From NCBI GenBank assembly GCA_043747615.1, contig JAYTOU010000044.1, forward strand, positions 1 to 64,000: a stretch of 64,000 nt of DNA. The letters run 5' to 3'. Below, in pieces: positions 1 through 10,500 of this stretch. The notes under the pieces were generated by a model that worked only from the letters and a program-made list of their open reading frames with translations, was not told where the DNA came from and ran no database searches. The stretch is from Myxococcales bacterium (lineage in GTDB: Bacteria; Myxococcota_A; Polyangia; Polyangiales; Polyangiaceae). Position numbers and translations under genes: made by a program. The stretch's first letter is position 1; every line of letters starts with the position of its first letter.

Positions 1-2366
1 AGATGATCGCCCCATTTCCAGTTGCGAACCTCGGGCAAGTCCAGCCCGTGCTGGTCGATGTAGGCTTTGTGCTCGACCAGCTTGTCACGCATCTTCTGCT
101 TGAGATATGCCCCCCGGCTGCCGAGCCGGGGGAGCTGCTCCACCGCCTCCGTGACCAAATGGAACCGGTCCAGGCCGTTCTGGACGCGCATATCGAAAGG
201 GGTGGTGACAGTGCCCTCTTCGTTGTAGCCTCTTACATGCAGATGATGACTGGCGCGGTGGTAGGTGAGCCGGTGGATCAGGCCCGGGTAGCCGTGAAAC
301 CCAAAAACGACCGGTTTGTCGCGAGTGAACAGCGAATCGTAATCCTCGTCGGTGAGCCCGTGCGGATGTTCTGTTCGGGGTTGCAGCCGCATGAGATCGA
401 CGACGTTTATGACCCGGATTTTCAGATCGGGAAGACTGGCCCGCAGGATTGAGGTCGCGGCCAAGACTTCGAGTGTCGGCACATCGCCGCAGCATGCCAT
501 GACGATGTCTGGCTCGCCATCCTGATCGTTGCTCGCCCACTGCCAGATGCCGATCCCCTCCGCGCAGTGCCTGACCGCGGCTTGCATGGTGAGCCACTGC
601 GGCGCCGGGTGCTTGCCGGCGATGACGACGTTGACGTAGTGCCGACTCCGCAGACAGTGGTCCATCACCGAGAGCAAACAGTTGGCATCGGGCGGAAGGT
701 AGACCCGCACGATCTCGGCCTTCTTGTTGACGACGTGATCGATGAAGCCGGGGTCTTGGTGCGTGAAGCCGTTGTGGTCCTGCCGCCAAACGTGGGAGGC
801 CAAGAGATAGTTCAGCGAGGCGATCTTCCTACGCCACGGGAGCTGCGCGGTGACCTTCAGCCACTTGGCGTGCTGGTTGAACATCGAGTCGATGATGTGA
901 ATGAAGGCCTCGTAGCAATTGAAGACTCCGTGGCGCCCCGTGAGCAAGTAGCCCTCGAGCCAGCCCTCGCACTGGTGCTCGCTCAGCATCTCCATCACGC
1001 GCCCAGCCGGTGAGAGAAATTCGTCGTTCGGGACGGTCGCCGCGTCCCACTGACGTTCGGTCGCTTCGAAGAGCGCTTCGAGGCCATTGGAGAGCGTCTC
1101 GTCGGGACCAAAGACGCGAAAGTTCCGCTGTTCGGTGTTGAGCTTGGTGACGTCGCGGAGGAAGCGTCCGAGCACATGGGTGTCGCCGATCCCGCGCACG
1201 CCGGGCGAAGGCACGTCGGTCCCGTACTCGCGAAAATCGGGCATTCGCAGATTGCGGAGGAGAATCCCGCCATTGGCGTGAGGATTCGCTCCCATGCGCC
1301 GTTCGGCCTCGGGCGCAAGCGCCGCGAGCTCCGGCTTGAAGCGGCCGAGCGCATCGAAAAGCTCCTCCGGACGATAGCTCCGCATCCAGTCTTCGAGCAG
1401 CTTGAGATGCTCGGGGTGCGTCGTCGGATCGGAGATCGGCACTTGATGCGAACGAAAGGTGCCTTCGATCTTCAGGCCGTCGACGTACTTCGGTCCGGTC
1501 CAGCCCTTCGGAGAATTGAGGACGATCATGGGCCAGCGCGGTCGCGTGAGGTCGCCGTGAACGCGAGCGCACTCTTGGATTTTTTTGATCGCCTCGATCG
1601 CGGTATCGAGCGCGGTGGCCATGGCCTCGTGCATCAGCGCGGGATCATCCCCTTCGACGAAGAGGGGCGACCACCCGTAACCGCGAAGCAGTTGCGCCAG
1701 CTCCTCGTGGGTGATGCGCGCGAGAACCGTGGGATTCGAAATCTTGTAGCCGTTGAGATGGAGGATCGGCAGGACAGCGCCGTCGGTGGCGGGATCGAGA
1801 AACTTGTTGGAATGCCAGGCCGTGGCCAAGGGTCCCGTCTCCGCCTCGCCATCGCCGACGACGCACGCCACTACGAGCTCGGGGTTGTCGAACACCGCCC
1901 CGAACGAGTGACTCAGCGAATAGCCGAGCTCGCCCCCCTCGTGGATCGAACCCGGACACTCAGGTGACGCGTGACTGGGAATTCCCCCCGGAAATGAGAA
2001 TTGCAGAAAAAGCTTCCGAAGTCCTGCCTCATCGCGACTAATGTTTGGATAAACCTCGCTGTAGGTTCCCTCGAGATACGTATTGGCCACGACGGCCGGT
2101 CCGCCGTGTCCGGGACCGGCCACGTAGATCATGTCGACGTCGTACTTTCGAATGATCCGATTGAGGTGCACGTAGATGAAGTTCTGCCCCGGAGTGGTGC
2201 CCCAGTGTCCGAGCAGCATGTGCTTCACGTCCGTGAGGGCGAGCGGTCGCTTCAGGAGTGGATTGTCGAAAAGGTAGATCTGGCCCACCGCCAGATAGTT
2301 CGCGGCGCGCCAGTACGCGTCCATCTTGCCGAGCAAGTCTGGGGTGAGTGTCGTCGTCATGTGCAT
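1..2366 (-). CDS. xfp: Phosphoketolase (XFP family); stop codon just beyond the left edge
   Basis: Not in the ORF track. Manual reverse translation from ATG 2366 gives [39 protein letters not shown]...GHWGTTPG, and the left edge reads [13 protein letters not shown], typical XFP termini. Confidence 0.95.
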   Translation of the reverse strand, partial: MHMTTTLTPDLLGKMDAYWRAANYLAVGQIYLFDNPLLKRPLALTDVKHMLLGHWGTTPGQNFIYVHLNRIIRKYDVDMIYVAGPGHGGPAVVANTYLEGTYSEVYPNISRDEAGLRKLFLQFSFPGGIPSHASPECPGSIHEGGELGYSLSHSFGAVFDNPELVVACVVGDGEAETGPLATAWHSNKFLDPATDGAVLPILHLNGYKISNPTVLARITHEELAQLLRGYGWSPLFVEGDDPALMHEAMATALDTAIEAIKKIQECARVHGDLTRPRWPMIVLNSPKGWTGPKYVDGLKIEGTFRSHQVPISDPTTHPEHLKLLEDWMRSYRPEELFDALGRFKPELAALAPEAERRMGANPHANGGILLRNLRMPDFREYGTDVPSPGVRGIGDTHVLGRFLRDVTKLNTEQRNFRVFGPDETLSNGLEALFEATERQWDAATVPNDEFLSPAGRVMEMLSEHQCEGWLEGYLLTGRHGVFNCYEAFIHIIDSMFNQHAKWLKVTAQLPWRRKIASLNYLLASHVWRQDHNGFTHQDPGFIDHVVNKKAEIVRVYLPPDANCLLSVMDHCLRSRHYVNVVIAGKHPAPQWLTMQAAVRHCAEGIGIWQWASNDQDGEPDIVMACCGDVPTLEVLAATSILRASLPDLKIRVINVVDLMRLQPRTEHPHGLTDEDYDSLFTRDKPVVFGFHGYPGLIHRLTYHRASHHLHVRGYNEEGTVTTPFDMRVQNGLDRFHLVTEAVEQLPRLGSRGAYLKQKMRDKLVEHKAYIDQHGLDLPEVRNWKWGDH

Positions 2367-2373
2367 CGAGCGG

Positions 2374-2700
2374 CTAGTGCTGATGGTGCTGGTCGCGCAG
2401 GCGACCGAGCGTGCCCTCGACGGACCGCTTCAATTTCTCCGCGGCTCCGTCGATGGCTTGATCCATGGTGGACGCGTGGTGGGTTACGGCCGTTGGCTGA
2501 CGACCTGAGAGGCGCGCTTCCATCATGCAGCGCTTGTCGTCTTGCCCGCTCTTCTCGCCGTTCTCGTCGCTAAGGTGGACTTCAATTCGAGTGATCTGGT
2601 CGGAGACGTGGTTCAGCGCGGCTTCCACGACGCCCCGTACGTGATCGGCGAGCGCCTCGCGCCCCACGATGTGATTGTCGGTATTTACTTGGATCTGCAT
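2374..2700 (-). CDS. HPF/RaiA-family ribosome-associated protein
   Basis: [11 protein letters not shown]...[29 protein letters not shown]; 7 nt upstream of xfp, probably co-transcribed. Confidence 0.85.
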   Translation of the reverse strand: MQIQVNTDNHIVGREALADHVRGVVEAALNHVSDQITRIEVHLSDENGEKSGQDDKRCMMEARLSGRQPTAVTHHASTMDQAIDGAAEKLKRSVEGTLGRLRDQHHQH

Positions 2701-2783
2701 TCTCGTTCTTCCTCGGGAAATGAATGGCAACCGCATTTTTCTTCTCGCCGTCCACTGAGTGCGCAGAGGCAAATGCCCGCTAG

Positions 2784-2799
2784 AGCATGAACGGTGCCG
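2784..2799 (-). promoter_or_regulatory. sigma54 -24/-12 promoter for HPF-xfp
   Basis: Minus strand CGGCAC-CGTTC-ATGCT (GG-N10-GC). Confidence 0.6.
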
Positions 2800-3013
2800 A
2801 CGCACGACCCATCCTGCTTCCGCCGACGGTCGGGAATCGGCGCGGCGACGGCACAAGAGCAGGGGCGCTCATGCCACATGCCGTGGCGGTCCTGCGTACA
2901 ACTTGGTTGGACGCAAGCTTCTGACGATCTGCGGCAAGAGAACCACGCTGAGCACGCCTATTGCCTCACGATGTTCTTTTGACCGCGAGGCCGGCAATGA
3001 GCGAGGACCCAAA

Positions 3014-3331
3014 ATGACTACTACGCGACGACCGAAGAGCACCGACACGAAGGCCTCCGCGCGCCGCCACGAACATGAAGCGGAGGGTGGCGTGGCCGGT
3101 GCGCTCGCAGGCGCCGCCCTGGGTGGTGTCGGCGGGCCGCCAGGCGCTGTGGCGGGCGCAGTCATCGGCGGTGTCGTTGGCGCAGTGGCGGCCGGTGTCG
3201 CGGAGATCAACTCCGCCGATCGCGCAGCCGTAGAGGACGAGCTCGACGCTGACGCGAACAACGAGCGGCGAGTCGTTCCAACCCGCCGTGTCCAATCGAC
3301 CCGGACACCCTCCGCGATCCGAAAGACGTAG
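3014..3331 (+). CDS. Small glycine-zipper membrane protein
   Basis: GGVAGALAGAALGGVGGPPGAVAGAVIGGVVGA; GAGG upstream of ATG 3014. Confidence 0.65.
   Translation: MTTTRRPKSTDTKASARRHEHEAEGGVAGALAGAALGGVGGPPGAVAGAVIGGVVGAVAAGVAEINSADRAAVEDELDADANNERRVVPTRRVQSTRTPSAIRKT
3270..3302. promoter_or_regulatory. 33-bp double-palindrome motif, putative enhancer (copy 1)
   Basis: GAGTC-GTTCC-AACCC-GCC-GTGTC-CAATC-GACCC. Confidence 0.55.
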
Positions 3332-3382
3332 TCGCTCTTCTCGACACGCTCGCAATGTCGGCGTTTCCTCGCGTCCGCTGAA

Positions 3383-3640
3383 TCAGCGCCACCAAAGCCC
3401 GAGGCACGCCCAGAACGCTCCGATGAGGAGCACCATCCAGACGAGATCGCCGCCCACGCCCCAGGAGTGGTGATCGAACGTCACGGGACCGGCGGCGCTC
3501 GCTGCCTGCCCGCGGCGTCGCTGGATGTACTGGGGATACGGCGGGCCCCACCCACGGTAGCCCCAGCCGTACCCAACTGGAGGCAACAAAAATACGAACA
3601 TGAAGACCATCCACAACATCCACCAGGAGCCCAAGATCAT
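3383..3640 (-). CDS. Small Trp/Gly-rich two-TM membrane protein
   Basis: MILGSWWMLWMVFMFVFLLPPVGYGWGYRGWGPPYP...WGVGGDLVWMVLLIGAFW. Confidence 0.7.
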   Translation of the reverse strand: MILGSWWMLWMVFMFVFLLPPVGYGWGYRGWGPPYPQYIQRRRGQAASAAGPVTFDHHSWGVGGDLVWMVLLIGAFWACLGLWWR

Positions 3641-3800
3641 TTTGGTTCTCGCTTTCAGGAGCTCGCACCGCAAGAAGCGAACCGTGGTGACGCGGTCTCA
3701 CGATTGTTCTCAGCGGAATCCGATCGACGAGGCGCACGATCTGCGGCGCACAATTTTCGTCGCCAGCGGGAACGTGTTCATCGTCGACGTTGAGAGCGCC

Positions 3801-4003
3801 TTAGTTTGCTACGACGCCAGCTTTCATGACCGGTGCGGTCGCTTGGCCGGCCCACGCGATCGCCCTGTCAAGCTCCTCGTATCCGAAGCTTTTCAATTCT
3901 GCCTCGACGAAATGCGCTGCCAGACGAGGCACCTCGCTGGCCAGCCGCGAGTCTGCCGCGAGTGCAATTCTCTTCACCTCCGATGATGGTCGCGCACGAA
4001 ACG
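3801..4003 (-). pseudogene. C-terminal fragment of a SpoIIAA-like (STAS/SEC14) protein
   Basis: FVRDHHR/[frameshift]/VKRIALAADSRLASEVPRLAAHFVEAELKSFGYEELDRAIAWA; 5' part missing. Confidence 0.6.
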
Positions 4004-4777
4004 CCGGGCACGCTCCGACGCTTGGGTCGCGGGCGTCGACGTGGTCGATGACGATAGGGTCGTCGTGGACTGGTCTCTGCAAAACAACCAGAGGCACGTC
4101 ACCGACTTCGCCGTCAGGACCGACACCGAGATCACTCAGGCCGTACGCGATGCATTTAAGGTCGATCCGCGCCTGAAAGCCCTTGAGCCGCAGGTAACCG
4201 TTCAGAATGGCGCCATCGTCTTGCGCGGCACGGTCGGCAGCGCGAAAGCGCGTCGTGGGGGCGAAGCCGCGCAAAAGACACCGTCGGCGTCTGGCGCGTC
4301 CGCGACGAATTCCTCGTGCAGCCATCCGGAAAGCCAACCGACGCGGACATCGAACGCGGGGTCAAACGCGCGCTCTCCGAAGATCCTTACTTGCCCGAGG
4401 GAAAGACGATCGAGGCCTCGAGCGCAAAAGGAAAGGTTGCTCTCAAGGGCACTGTGTCGTCCGGCCTCGCGCGCTTCGACGCGGTCGAGGATGCTGCGAA
4501 CATTCCCGGCGTAGCCGAGATCGACGACGGGCTGGTAGTCAAGCGTCCACCGTCGGAGATCAAGGCCGCGATCGAGGATCGGCTCCTCTGGGATCCGATG
4601 GTGGAGCGCGAACGCGTGACCGTTGCCGTCGGGACGGATGGGGTCGCGACGCTGACGGGAACGCTCGACGCTTCGAGCGAGATCAAGGCGGCCGCAGACG
4701 ATGCTCTCCGGGGCGGGGCGACGCAGGTCGTGAACGTGCTCAAGCTGAAGAAGCACCCGGAGGTCGTCGCTCCGTGA
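3999..4777 (+). pseudogene. 5'-truncated, frameshifted multi-BON protein (paralogue of 27146-28651)
   Basis: SDAWVAGVDVVDD...VVDWSL... then a frameshift near 4265, continuing DADIERGVKR...LKLKKHPEVVAP; collinear with the C-terminal half of the intact BON gene. Confidence 0.85.
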
Positions 4778-4830
4778 CCCGGGGAAGATGAAGTCCTCTC
4801 CCGACCGTCCGTCGTGAGATAGGTGAGTGG

Positions 4831-6096
4831 ATGCTCGCGAAGCTGCTCGCCACGGTTCCTCCCGATGCGCTGAAGATCGCGCTCGTACTCGCGCTTGCGC
4901 TATTCATTGGGCTCGAGCGCGAAGAGAACAAGCAGCGCGGGGCGGGCTATGCCTTCGGCGGGGTGCGCACGTTCCCACTCATCGGGCTCGTCAGTTACGG
5001 GCTCGCACTGATCTCGGCGCCGGAGCTCACGACGTGGGCGATAGGCTTCGCCGTCGTGGGCGGGTTCATGCTCCTGTCTTACCATCACAACCTCGCGGCC
5101 GATCCGCCCGGAGGCCTGACCACCGAGATCTCCGCGCTCACGACCTTCGTCGTCGGGGGCCTGGTTCAGCGAGAGCTCTACTGGATCGCGACGACCATCG
5201 GTGTGCTTTGCGTGCTCCTCCTCGAGCTCAAGAAAGTCCTCGAGGGACTCACCAAGCACATCGCTTCGAACGAGATCATTACGGTCGCGAAGTTCCTGGT
5301 CCTTTCGGTCGTGATTTTGCCGATCGTGCCTGCCCGCGATCTCACTCGTTTTCACCTCAATCCGTTCAAGACGTGGCTCGTCGTGGTCGCGGTGAGCGGG
5401 GTCTCCTTCGGCAGCTACGTAGTGCAACGGCTCCTCAAGGACCGCGGTGGTGTAATGCTCTCCGCAATCCTCGGAGGCGCCTACTCGTCGACGGTGACGA
5501 CGGTCGTTCTCGCGCGACAGGCCAAGGTCGAGCGTCGACCGAATCTGTTTGCCGGCTGCATCTTGACGGCCTCCGGCGTGATGTACGCGCGCCTCGTGCT
5601 GCTCCTTGCCTTCTTCGACTGGGCACTCGCGGTGAAGCTTGCTCCTGGGTTCGTCACGCTCTCCGCGCTCGGAGTCTCGGCCGGCTGGCTCGTCTCCCGT
5701 CGCGACGACGGACCTCCGGGAAGCACTCGGCCTCAGCGAGAGGTCAAGAATCCTCTCGAGCTGAAGGCCGCATTCCTGTTCGCTTCTGTGTTCGTAGTGA
5801 TTCTGGTCGTGACGAATCTGACCCGCGAATACCTGGGTAAGGTCGGCGTCTACTCGCTGGCTGCGATCATGGGGGTGACCGATGTGGATCCATTCATCCT
5901 CGGACTCGCGCAAGGCGGACCCGCTGCGACTCCGCTTCGGATCGCGTCCGCGGCGATCGTCATCGCCGCCGCGAGCAACAGCGTGATCAAGGCGATATAT
6001 TCATACGTGTTCGCGGATCGGACGACTGGGGTGAGGAGTCTACTCTTGCTCCTCGTGCTCGCGGCGCTCGGCCTCATCCCGCTTGCGTGGGTCTGA
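4831..6096 (+). CDS. MgtC/SapB N-terminal plus DUF4010 membrane protein
   Basis: IGLERE...GGVRTFPLIGL, GLTTE, NPFKTW, GGAYSST, NPLEL, DVDP motifs. Confidence 0.9.
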   Translation: MLAKLLATVPPDALKIALVLALALFIGLEREENKQRGAGYAFGGVRTFPLIGLVSYGLALISAPELTTWAIGFAVVGGFMLLSYHHNLAADPPGGLTTEISALTTFVVGGLVQRELYWIATTIGVLCVLLLELKKVLEGLTKHIASNEIITVAKFLVLSVVILPIVPARDLTRFHLNPFKTWLVVVAVSGVSFGSYVVQRLLKDRGGVMLSAILGGAYSSTVTTVVLARQAKVERRPNLFAGCILTASGVMYARLVLLLAFFDWALAVKLAPGFVTLSALGVSAGWLVSRRDDGPPGSTRPQREVKNPLELKAAFLFASVFVVILVVTNLTREYLGKVGVYSLAAIMGVTDVDPFILGLAQGGPAATPLRIASAAIVIAAASNSVIKAIYSYVFADRTTGVRSLLLLLVLAALGLIPLAWV

Positions 6097-6128
6097 GCCT
6101 CAAGACCGACAACGAGTGCCCTTGCGAA

Positions 6129-7085
6129 TCAGAGCCAGCCCCGGCGTCTGAAGAACCCGACGAAGACCAATGCCGTGACCGCCATGATTCCGAGCACGGC
6201 CAGGAAGCCCCAGTTGGACTGTACCCCCGGAAGATTGTGGAAGTTCATCCCGAACACGGAAGCGATGAACGTCAGGGGGAGCATGACCGTGGACAGCACC
6301 GCGAGCGTCTTCATAACGGAGTTGGTGCGTGCAGATTGCAGCTGAACGACAGCTTCCAACGTGTTGTTCAGCACCTCCTGGTAGTCGTCGATCAGGTCCG
6401 AGACGCGCACGAAGTGATCGTAGACGTCGCGGAAGTAGGGAATCATGGCGGCCGGAATGAGCTTGATGCGGCCCTCGTGCAGGCCGGCGATGGCGTCGAG
6501 TTGCCGATGTGCCATTCGAGCCAACGTCTGCATCGAACGTCTCAGCTCGAAGAGCTCGGCCACGAACGGCCGCAGCTCCACCGGGGTCGTTCGCGCGGTG
6601 ACATCGGGCTCGACCCGTTCCACTTGTTGGCCGAGGTCCTCGATCAGCGCCACGTGCCCGTCGACGAGCTGGTCGAGGAACGCATGGGCCAAGCGCGACG
6701 GGCCTTCGCGCAGGAGGGCTCCGGCGTTCTCGGGTCCCGGGCGCTCTCCGCCGGCTCCGGGGTGGGTGATGACGAAGGTCTCGCCGAGCACGATGCTGAG
6801 CGTCCAGGTGACGATCTGCGTAGCCCGCACGCCGCGCCTCGCGCCGTGTACCAGGATGTGGACATACGTGCCAAACGACTCGACCTTCGGGATGCGGCGG
6901 TCGGCCCAGAGGTCCTCGATGGCCACCGGGTGGATGTGGAACGTCTCGGCGAGCAGGCGGTCGATCTCTGGCGTGCGTTCTTCGAGATCGATCCATATCG
7001 TGCGCGCCTCGGCGTGAGCCTTACCGATCTCGTCGGCCACACACGTGGTGAGGGCTCCGTTCTCAGTGATGATATGCGCCTCCAT
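6129..7085 (-). CDS. corA: CorA-family Mg2+/Co2+ transporter
   Basis: PLTFIASVFGMNF signature, YFRDVYDH, two C-terminal TMs. Confidence 0.9.
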   Translation of the reverse strand: MEAHIITENGALTTCVADEIGKAHAEARTIWIDLEERTPEIDRLLAETFHIHPVAIEDLWADRRIPKVESFGTYVHILVHGARRGVRATQIVTWTLSIVLGETFVITHPGAGGERPGPENAGALLREGPSRLAHAFLDQLVDGHVALIEDLGQQVERVEPDVTARTTPVELRPFVAELFELRRSMQTLARMAHRQLDAIAGLHEGRIKLIPAAMIPYFRDVYDHFVRVSDLIDDYQEVLNNTLEAVVQLQSARTNSVMKTLAVLSTVMLPLTFIASVFGMNFHNLPGVQSNWGFLAVLGIMAVTALVFVGFFRRRGWL

Positions 7086-7153
7086 GCTTCTCATCTTAGC
7101 GGCGGCCTACGCTTCACGTCGCGCGCGCATTTCCTGCCGGCGTTCCGCTTCGT

Positions 7154-7366
7154 TCAATGAGACCGACTTGGTGATACGCTCTTCCTCAGTCGAGCGGCGT
7201 CCGCGACCATGAAGCCAACGTACTTGTCCGACGCGAATTCGAACGCCGAAGTGCCGCCCGCGATGGCGGATGGCGCGACGTCCACCGCCCAATCCGCATC
7301 CGACCGCAGCACGATCTGCCCCGCCCCTAGCGGATACGTTACCTTGACAAGAAATCGGCTTCCCAT
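7154..7366 (-). pseudogene. Short ORF, possibly the N-terminal remnant of a larger protein (esterase-like)
   Basis: MGSRFLVKVTYPLGAGQIVLRSDADWAVDVAP looks protein-like then degenerates; family recalled, not verified. Confidence 0.3.
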
Positions 7367-7569
7367 AGCGGTAGTGCGGAGCATGCGGCGTCCAGCGATC
7401 CAACGTCAACGGGGCTCTTCGTCACCGACGTCGCGATTGGCGTGTGCGCTTGGAGGAATCGTCAAAGAGGTCTGCCTCGAGTACGTGCTCCTTGATGAGC
7501 TGTCGGTTTCGCCGATATCGACCACAGAGTCGGCGACGCCGCCGTCCCTGTTGAAACCTTCGGCCGAGT

Positions 7570-7913
7570 AAAGTCGCTCTCAAGGGTACGGTGATGTCCA
7601 ACTTCGCGCGCTTCGCCGCGGTCGAAGATGTCGCGGGCGTCCCGGGCGTCGTCAAGATTGACGACGAGCTGATCTTCAGCCGTCCACCTTCGGAAATCAA
7701 AGCCGATATCGAGGACCGCATGTACTGGGATCCGATGGTGGACCGCGAACGCGTGACGGTCGCCGTGGGGACGGACGGCGTCGCGACCTTGACCGGAACC
7801 TCGATGCGTGGAGCGAGATCCGGGCGGCGGCGAAAGATGCCTTTCGCGGCGGGGCCACGCGCGTCGTGAACGTGCTGAGGCTGAAGAAGCACTCTGAGGT
7901 CGTGGCGCCGTAG
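7570..7913 (+). pseudogene. Second BON-gene fragment, frameshifted
   Basis: KVALKGTV...PPSEIKADIEDRMYWDPMVDRERVTVAVGTDGVATLTGT/[fs near 7800]/DAWSEIRAAAKDAFRGGATRVVNVLRLKKHSEVVAP*. Confidence 0.85.
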
Positions 7914-7971
7914 CGCAGAGAATCGACCTCTGCGCTAGGAATCGGAACGAAGTCGTCCCGGTTGTCCGAGC

Positions 7972-9297
7972 ATGAAGCTCCGCCTCTGCGTTCTCTCCGC
8001 CCATCACAGATCCCCAAACGACGAGCCCGTGGGTCACAACGAGACTCGGGAGCTCGACGTCGATGCGCGTCGTTCCTATTTTTCGAAGCTCGGGGATATT
8101 CCGCTTCTTACCCGCGACGACGAGGTCAAAGTGGCGAAACGTATTGAACGCGCCGAGTTTGGCATTGCGTTTGCGCTGGCCCGATGTCCGCTTGCGGTCA
8201 GCGAGCTCTCGCGTGTCGCGGAAGACTTACGTGCCGGAAGGATTCGACCGCGCACAGTCACTCGGCGCTCCACCAGCGGCGACGATACCGGCGATCGCGG
8301 CACGGAGGTCGACATCTTCGAGATCGTTCTTCGCCTCGATCGCGCGTACCGCCGTGGCGCCTCCGAGCGATCCCTGACTCTGGCTCGCACCCACGCGCAG
8401 AAGGGGCTCGAGAACCTTCGGCCGAGCCGTGCACTTCTCGACCGGGTCGTCGGGAGCCTTCAACGCCATCTCGTCGCCGAGTGCGACACACCCAGCGCAG
8501 CTCGCGATCGGCAGACACTCGACGCTCTTAAGACCACTCTCGCTAGTGTCCGCGAGTGCCAACGCGAAGTGGATCTCGCCCGCGCGCACCTCGTCGCGGC
8601 AAATCTTCGGCTCGTGGTCTCTATCGCGAAAAAGTACGTGAACCAGGGCTTGCACCTCCTCGATCTGATTCAAGAGGGGAACATCGGTCTGATGAAAGCG
8701 GTGGACAAGTTCGACTACCAGCGCGGCTTCAAGTTCAGTACTTACGCGACGTGGTGGATCCGACAAGGCGTCACTCGGGCTCTGGCAGACAAGGGAAGAA
8801 CCATTCGAGTGCCAGTGCACATGGTCGAGGCAGAGCGTCACCTGACCAAGACGGCCCGGAGCCTCGCGGGAAAAAGAGCGGAGGTTACGACGCTCGATGA
8901 ACTGGCGACGGCGAGTGGACTCTCGGTGCAGAGGGTTGGCGCCGCTCTCCGCGCACGCCTTGAGCCCGTGAGCCTCGAGACTCCGATCGGGGTCGACGGA
9001 AGCGGCCGCCTCGGCGACGCGATCGAGGACACGAACGCCGAGCGCCCATTCGAGGTGACCGTTTCGAGGCGGTTTGCGAGCGAGGCGAACAAGCTGCTGT
9101 TCATCCTAACCGTGCGCGAACAAGAGGTGCTGAGAATGCGTTTCGGCCTCGATGGCCGGAGAGAGAGCACGCTCGAGGAGATCGGCCAGCGCCTATCGCT
9201 CACCCGCGAGCGAATCCGTCAGATCGAGCAGCACGCACTCCGAAAGCTACGAATTCCACTGGATGCCCAACGGCTCCGGGAAGACCTCGATCACTGA
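7972..9297 (+). CDS. RpoD-like sigma70 factor lacking region 1.1
   Basis: PLLTRDDEV (1.2), [57 protein letters not shown]. Confidence 0.93.
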   Translation: MKLRLCVLSAHHRSPNDEPVGHNETRELDVDARRSYFSKLGDIPLLTRDDEVKVAKRIERAEFGIAFALARCPLAVSELSRVAEDLRAGRIRPRTVTRRSTSGDDTGDRGTEVDIFEIVLRLDRAYRRGASERSLTLARTHAQKGLENLRPSRALLDRVVGSLQRHLVAECDTPSAARDRQTLDALKTTLASVRECQREVDLARAHLVAANLRLVVSIAKKYVNQGLHLLDLIQEGNIGLMKAVDKFDYQRGFKFSTYATWWIRQGVTRALADKGRTIRVPVHMVEAERHLTKTARSLAGKRAEVTTLDELATASGLSVQRVGAALRARLEPVSLETPIGVDGSGRLGDAIEDTNAERPFEVTVSRRFASEANKLLFILTVREQEVLRMRFGLDGRRESTLEEIGQRLSLTRERIRQIEQHALRKLRIPLDAQRLREDLDH

Positions 9298-9405
9298 GGT
9301 TGCTCATTGTGGCTTTCCTTCATGGTCGTCACGTTCGCGCAACATCCACGCAATGGACGGCGCCCACGTTGTCTTGGAGAGGCGACCCAGCAAGGAGCGA
9401 AAATC

Positions 9406-9696
9406 ATGATTCTTGAACGTGTCGACACGGAAGAGACCACCCCGCCCAACGATTCGAGCAGTCCGGCGGCCGTCGCGCGCCCTCGCGCACGCCGCGGTTT
9501 TGCGGCCATGAGCCCCGAGCGCCAGCGCGAGCTCGCCAGTCAGGGCGGACGCGCCGCACAGCGCGCCGGAACCGCGCATCGCTTCACCCGAGAAGAGGCC
9601 CGGATAGCGGGACGGAAGGGTGGGCTCGCGGCCCAACATCGCAACGACAAGGCCAATGCCCAACGCACGGCCGAAGCCGACTCGCGCAACGCTTGA
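9406..9696 (+). CDS. KGG-motif stress-induced protein (YciG/GsiB-like)
   Basis: RGFAAMSPERQRELASQGG...HRFTREEARIAGRKGG; AAGGAG RBS. Confidence 0.88.
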   Translation: MILERVDTEETTPPNDSSSPAAVARPRARRGFAAMSPERQRELASQGGRAAQRAGTAHRFTREEARIAGRKGGLAAQHRNDKANAQRTAEADSRNA

Positions 9697-9719
9697 GGGT
9701 TCCGCGCTATGCTCCCTCG

Positions 9720-10481
9720 ATGTTCGACTTCCTCAAGAACCATCCGGACGAGGCGCTTCGCGGAGCGCCACTCACGGTGGCGGAGCGGGCGATCCTCGAG
9801 AAGAACGTTCCCTACGTCGCCAAGCTCGATGACGCCGATCGGAAAGAGCTCGAGGGTCTCGTGCGGGTCTTCTTGGCGAAGAAGTCGTTCGAAGGATGTG
9901 GAGGCCTCGAGCTCACCGACGAGATCAAGCTCACGATCGCCGCGCAAGCCTGCCTGCTTCTTCTCCATCGCGGGACGGACGTCTATCCCGGTGTCGACTC
10001 GATCCTGGTCTATCCGAGCGCGTACCGCGCACCCGCGAGAGAGCGCATGGGCAGCGTCGTCCTCGAGACCGAACAAGCGCGTCTTGGCGAAACGTCGACG
10101 CGGGGCGCCGTCGTCCTTGCCTGGGACCACGTGAAGTCCGGCGCCGCGCAGCCCGCGGACGGACAGAACGTCGTGCTCCACGAGTTCGCCCACCAGCTCG
10201 ACGCGGAAGAGGGATCCATGGATGGCGCGCCCGAGCTCGGCGCGCGCGCTCGATACACCTCGTGGGCGCACGTGCTCGGCGACGAGTTCGCGGCGCTCTC
10301 GAAAAAGATCCACGAGGGACGCCCGAGCGATATCGACTCGTACGGCGCGACGAACCCCGCCGAGTTCTTCGCCGTCGTCACCGAGATGTTCTTCGAGAAG
10401 CCGCGTGCGCTAAAGGAGCGCCACGCCTTGCTCTACGGCGAGCTCGCAGCTTTCTACAAACAAGATCCCGCAGCGCGGTGA
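9720..10481 (+). CDS. mtfA: MtfA-like zinc peptidase (M90)
   Basis: IAAQACL, ILVYPSAY, NVVLHEFAHQLD, YGATNPAEFFAV. Confidence 0.9.
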   Translation: MFDFLKNHPDEALRGAPLTVAERAILEKNVPYVAKLDDADRKELEGLVRVFLAKKSFEGCGGLELTDEIKLTIAAQACLLLLHRGTDVYPGVDSILVYPSAYRAPARERMGSVVLETEQARLGETSTRGAVVLAWDHVKSGAAQPADGQNVVLHEFAHQLDAEEGSMDGAPELGARARYTSWAHVLGDEFAALSKKIHEGRPSDIDSYGATNPAEFFAVVTEMFFEKPRALKERHALLYGELAAFYKQDPAAR

Positions 10482-10500
10482 TTGGAGTGCTACGGGCGTT

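Noticed and set aside
3..2573. Long plus-strand ORFs over xfp, and similar antisense ORFs elsewhere (19165-20808, 29633-30841, 36735-38180)
   Set aside because: Shadow ORFs opposite well-supported genes, expected in high-GC DNA
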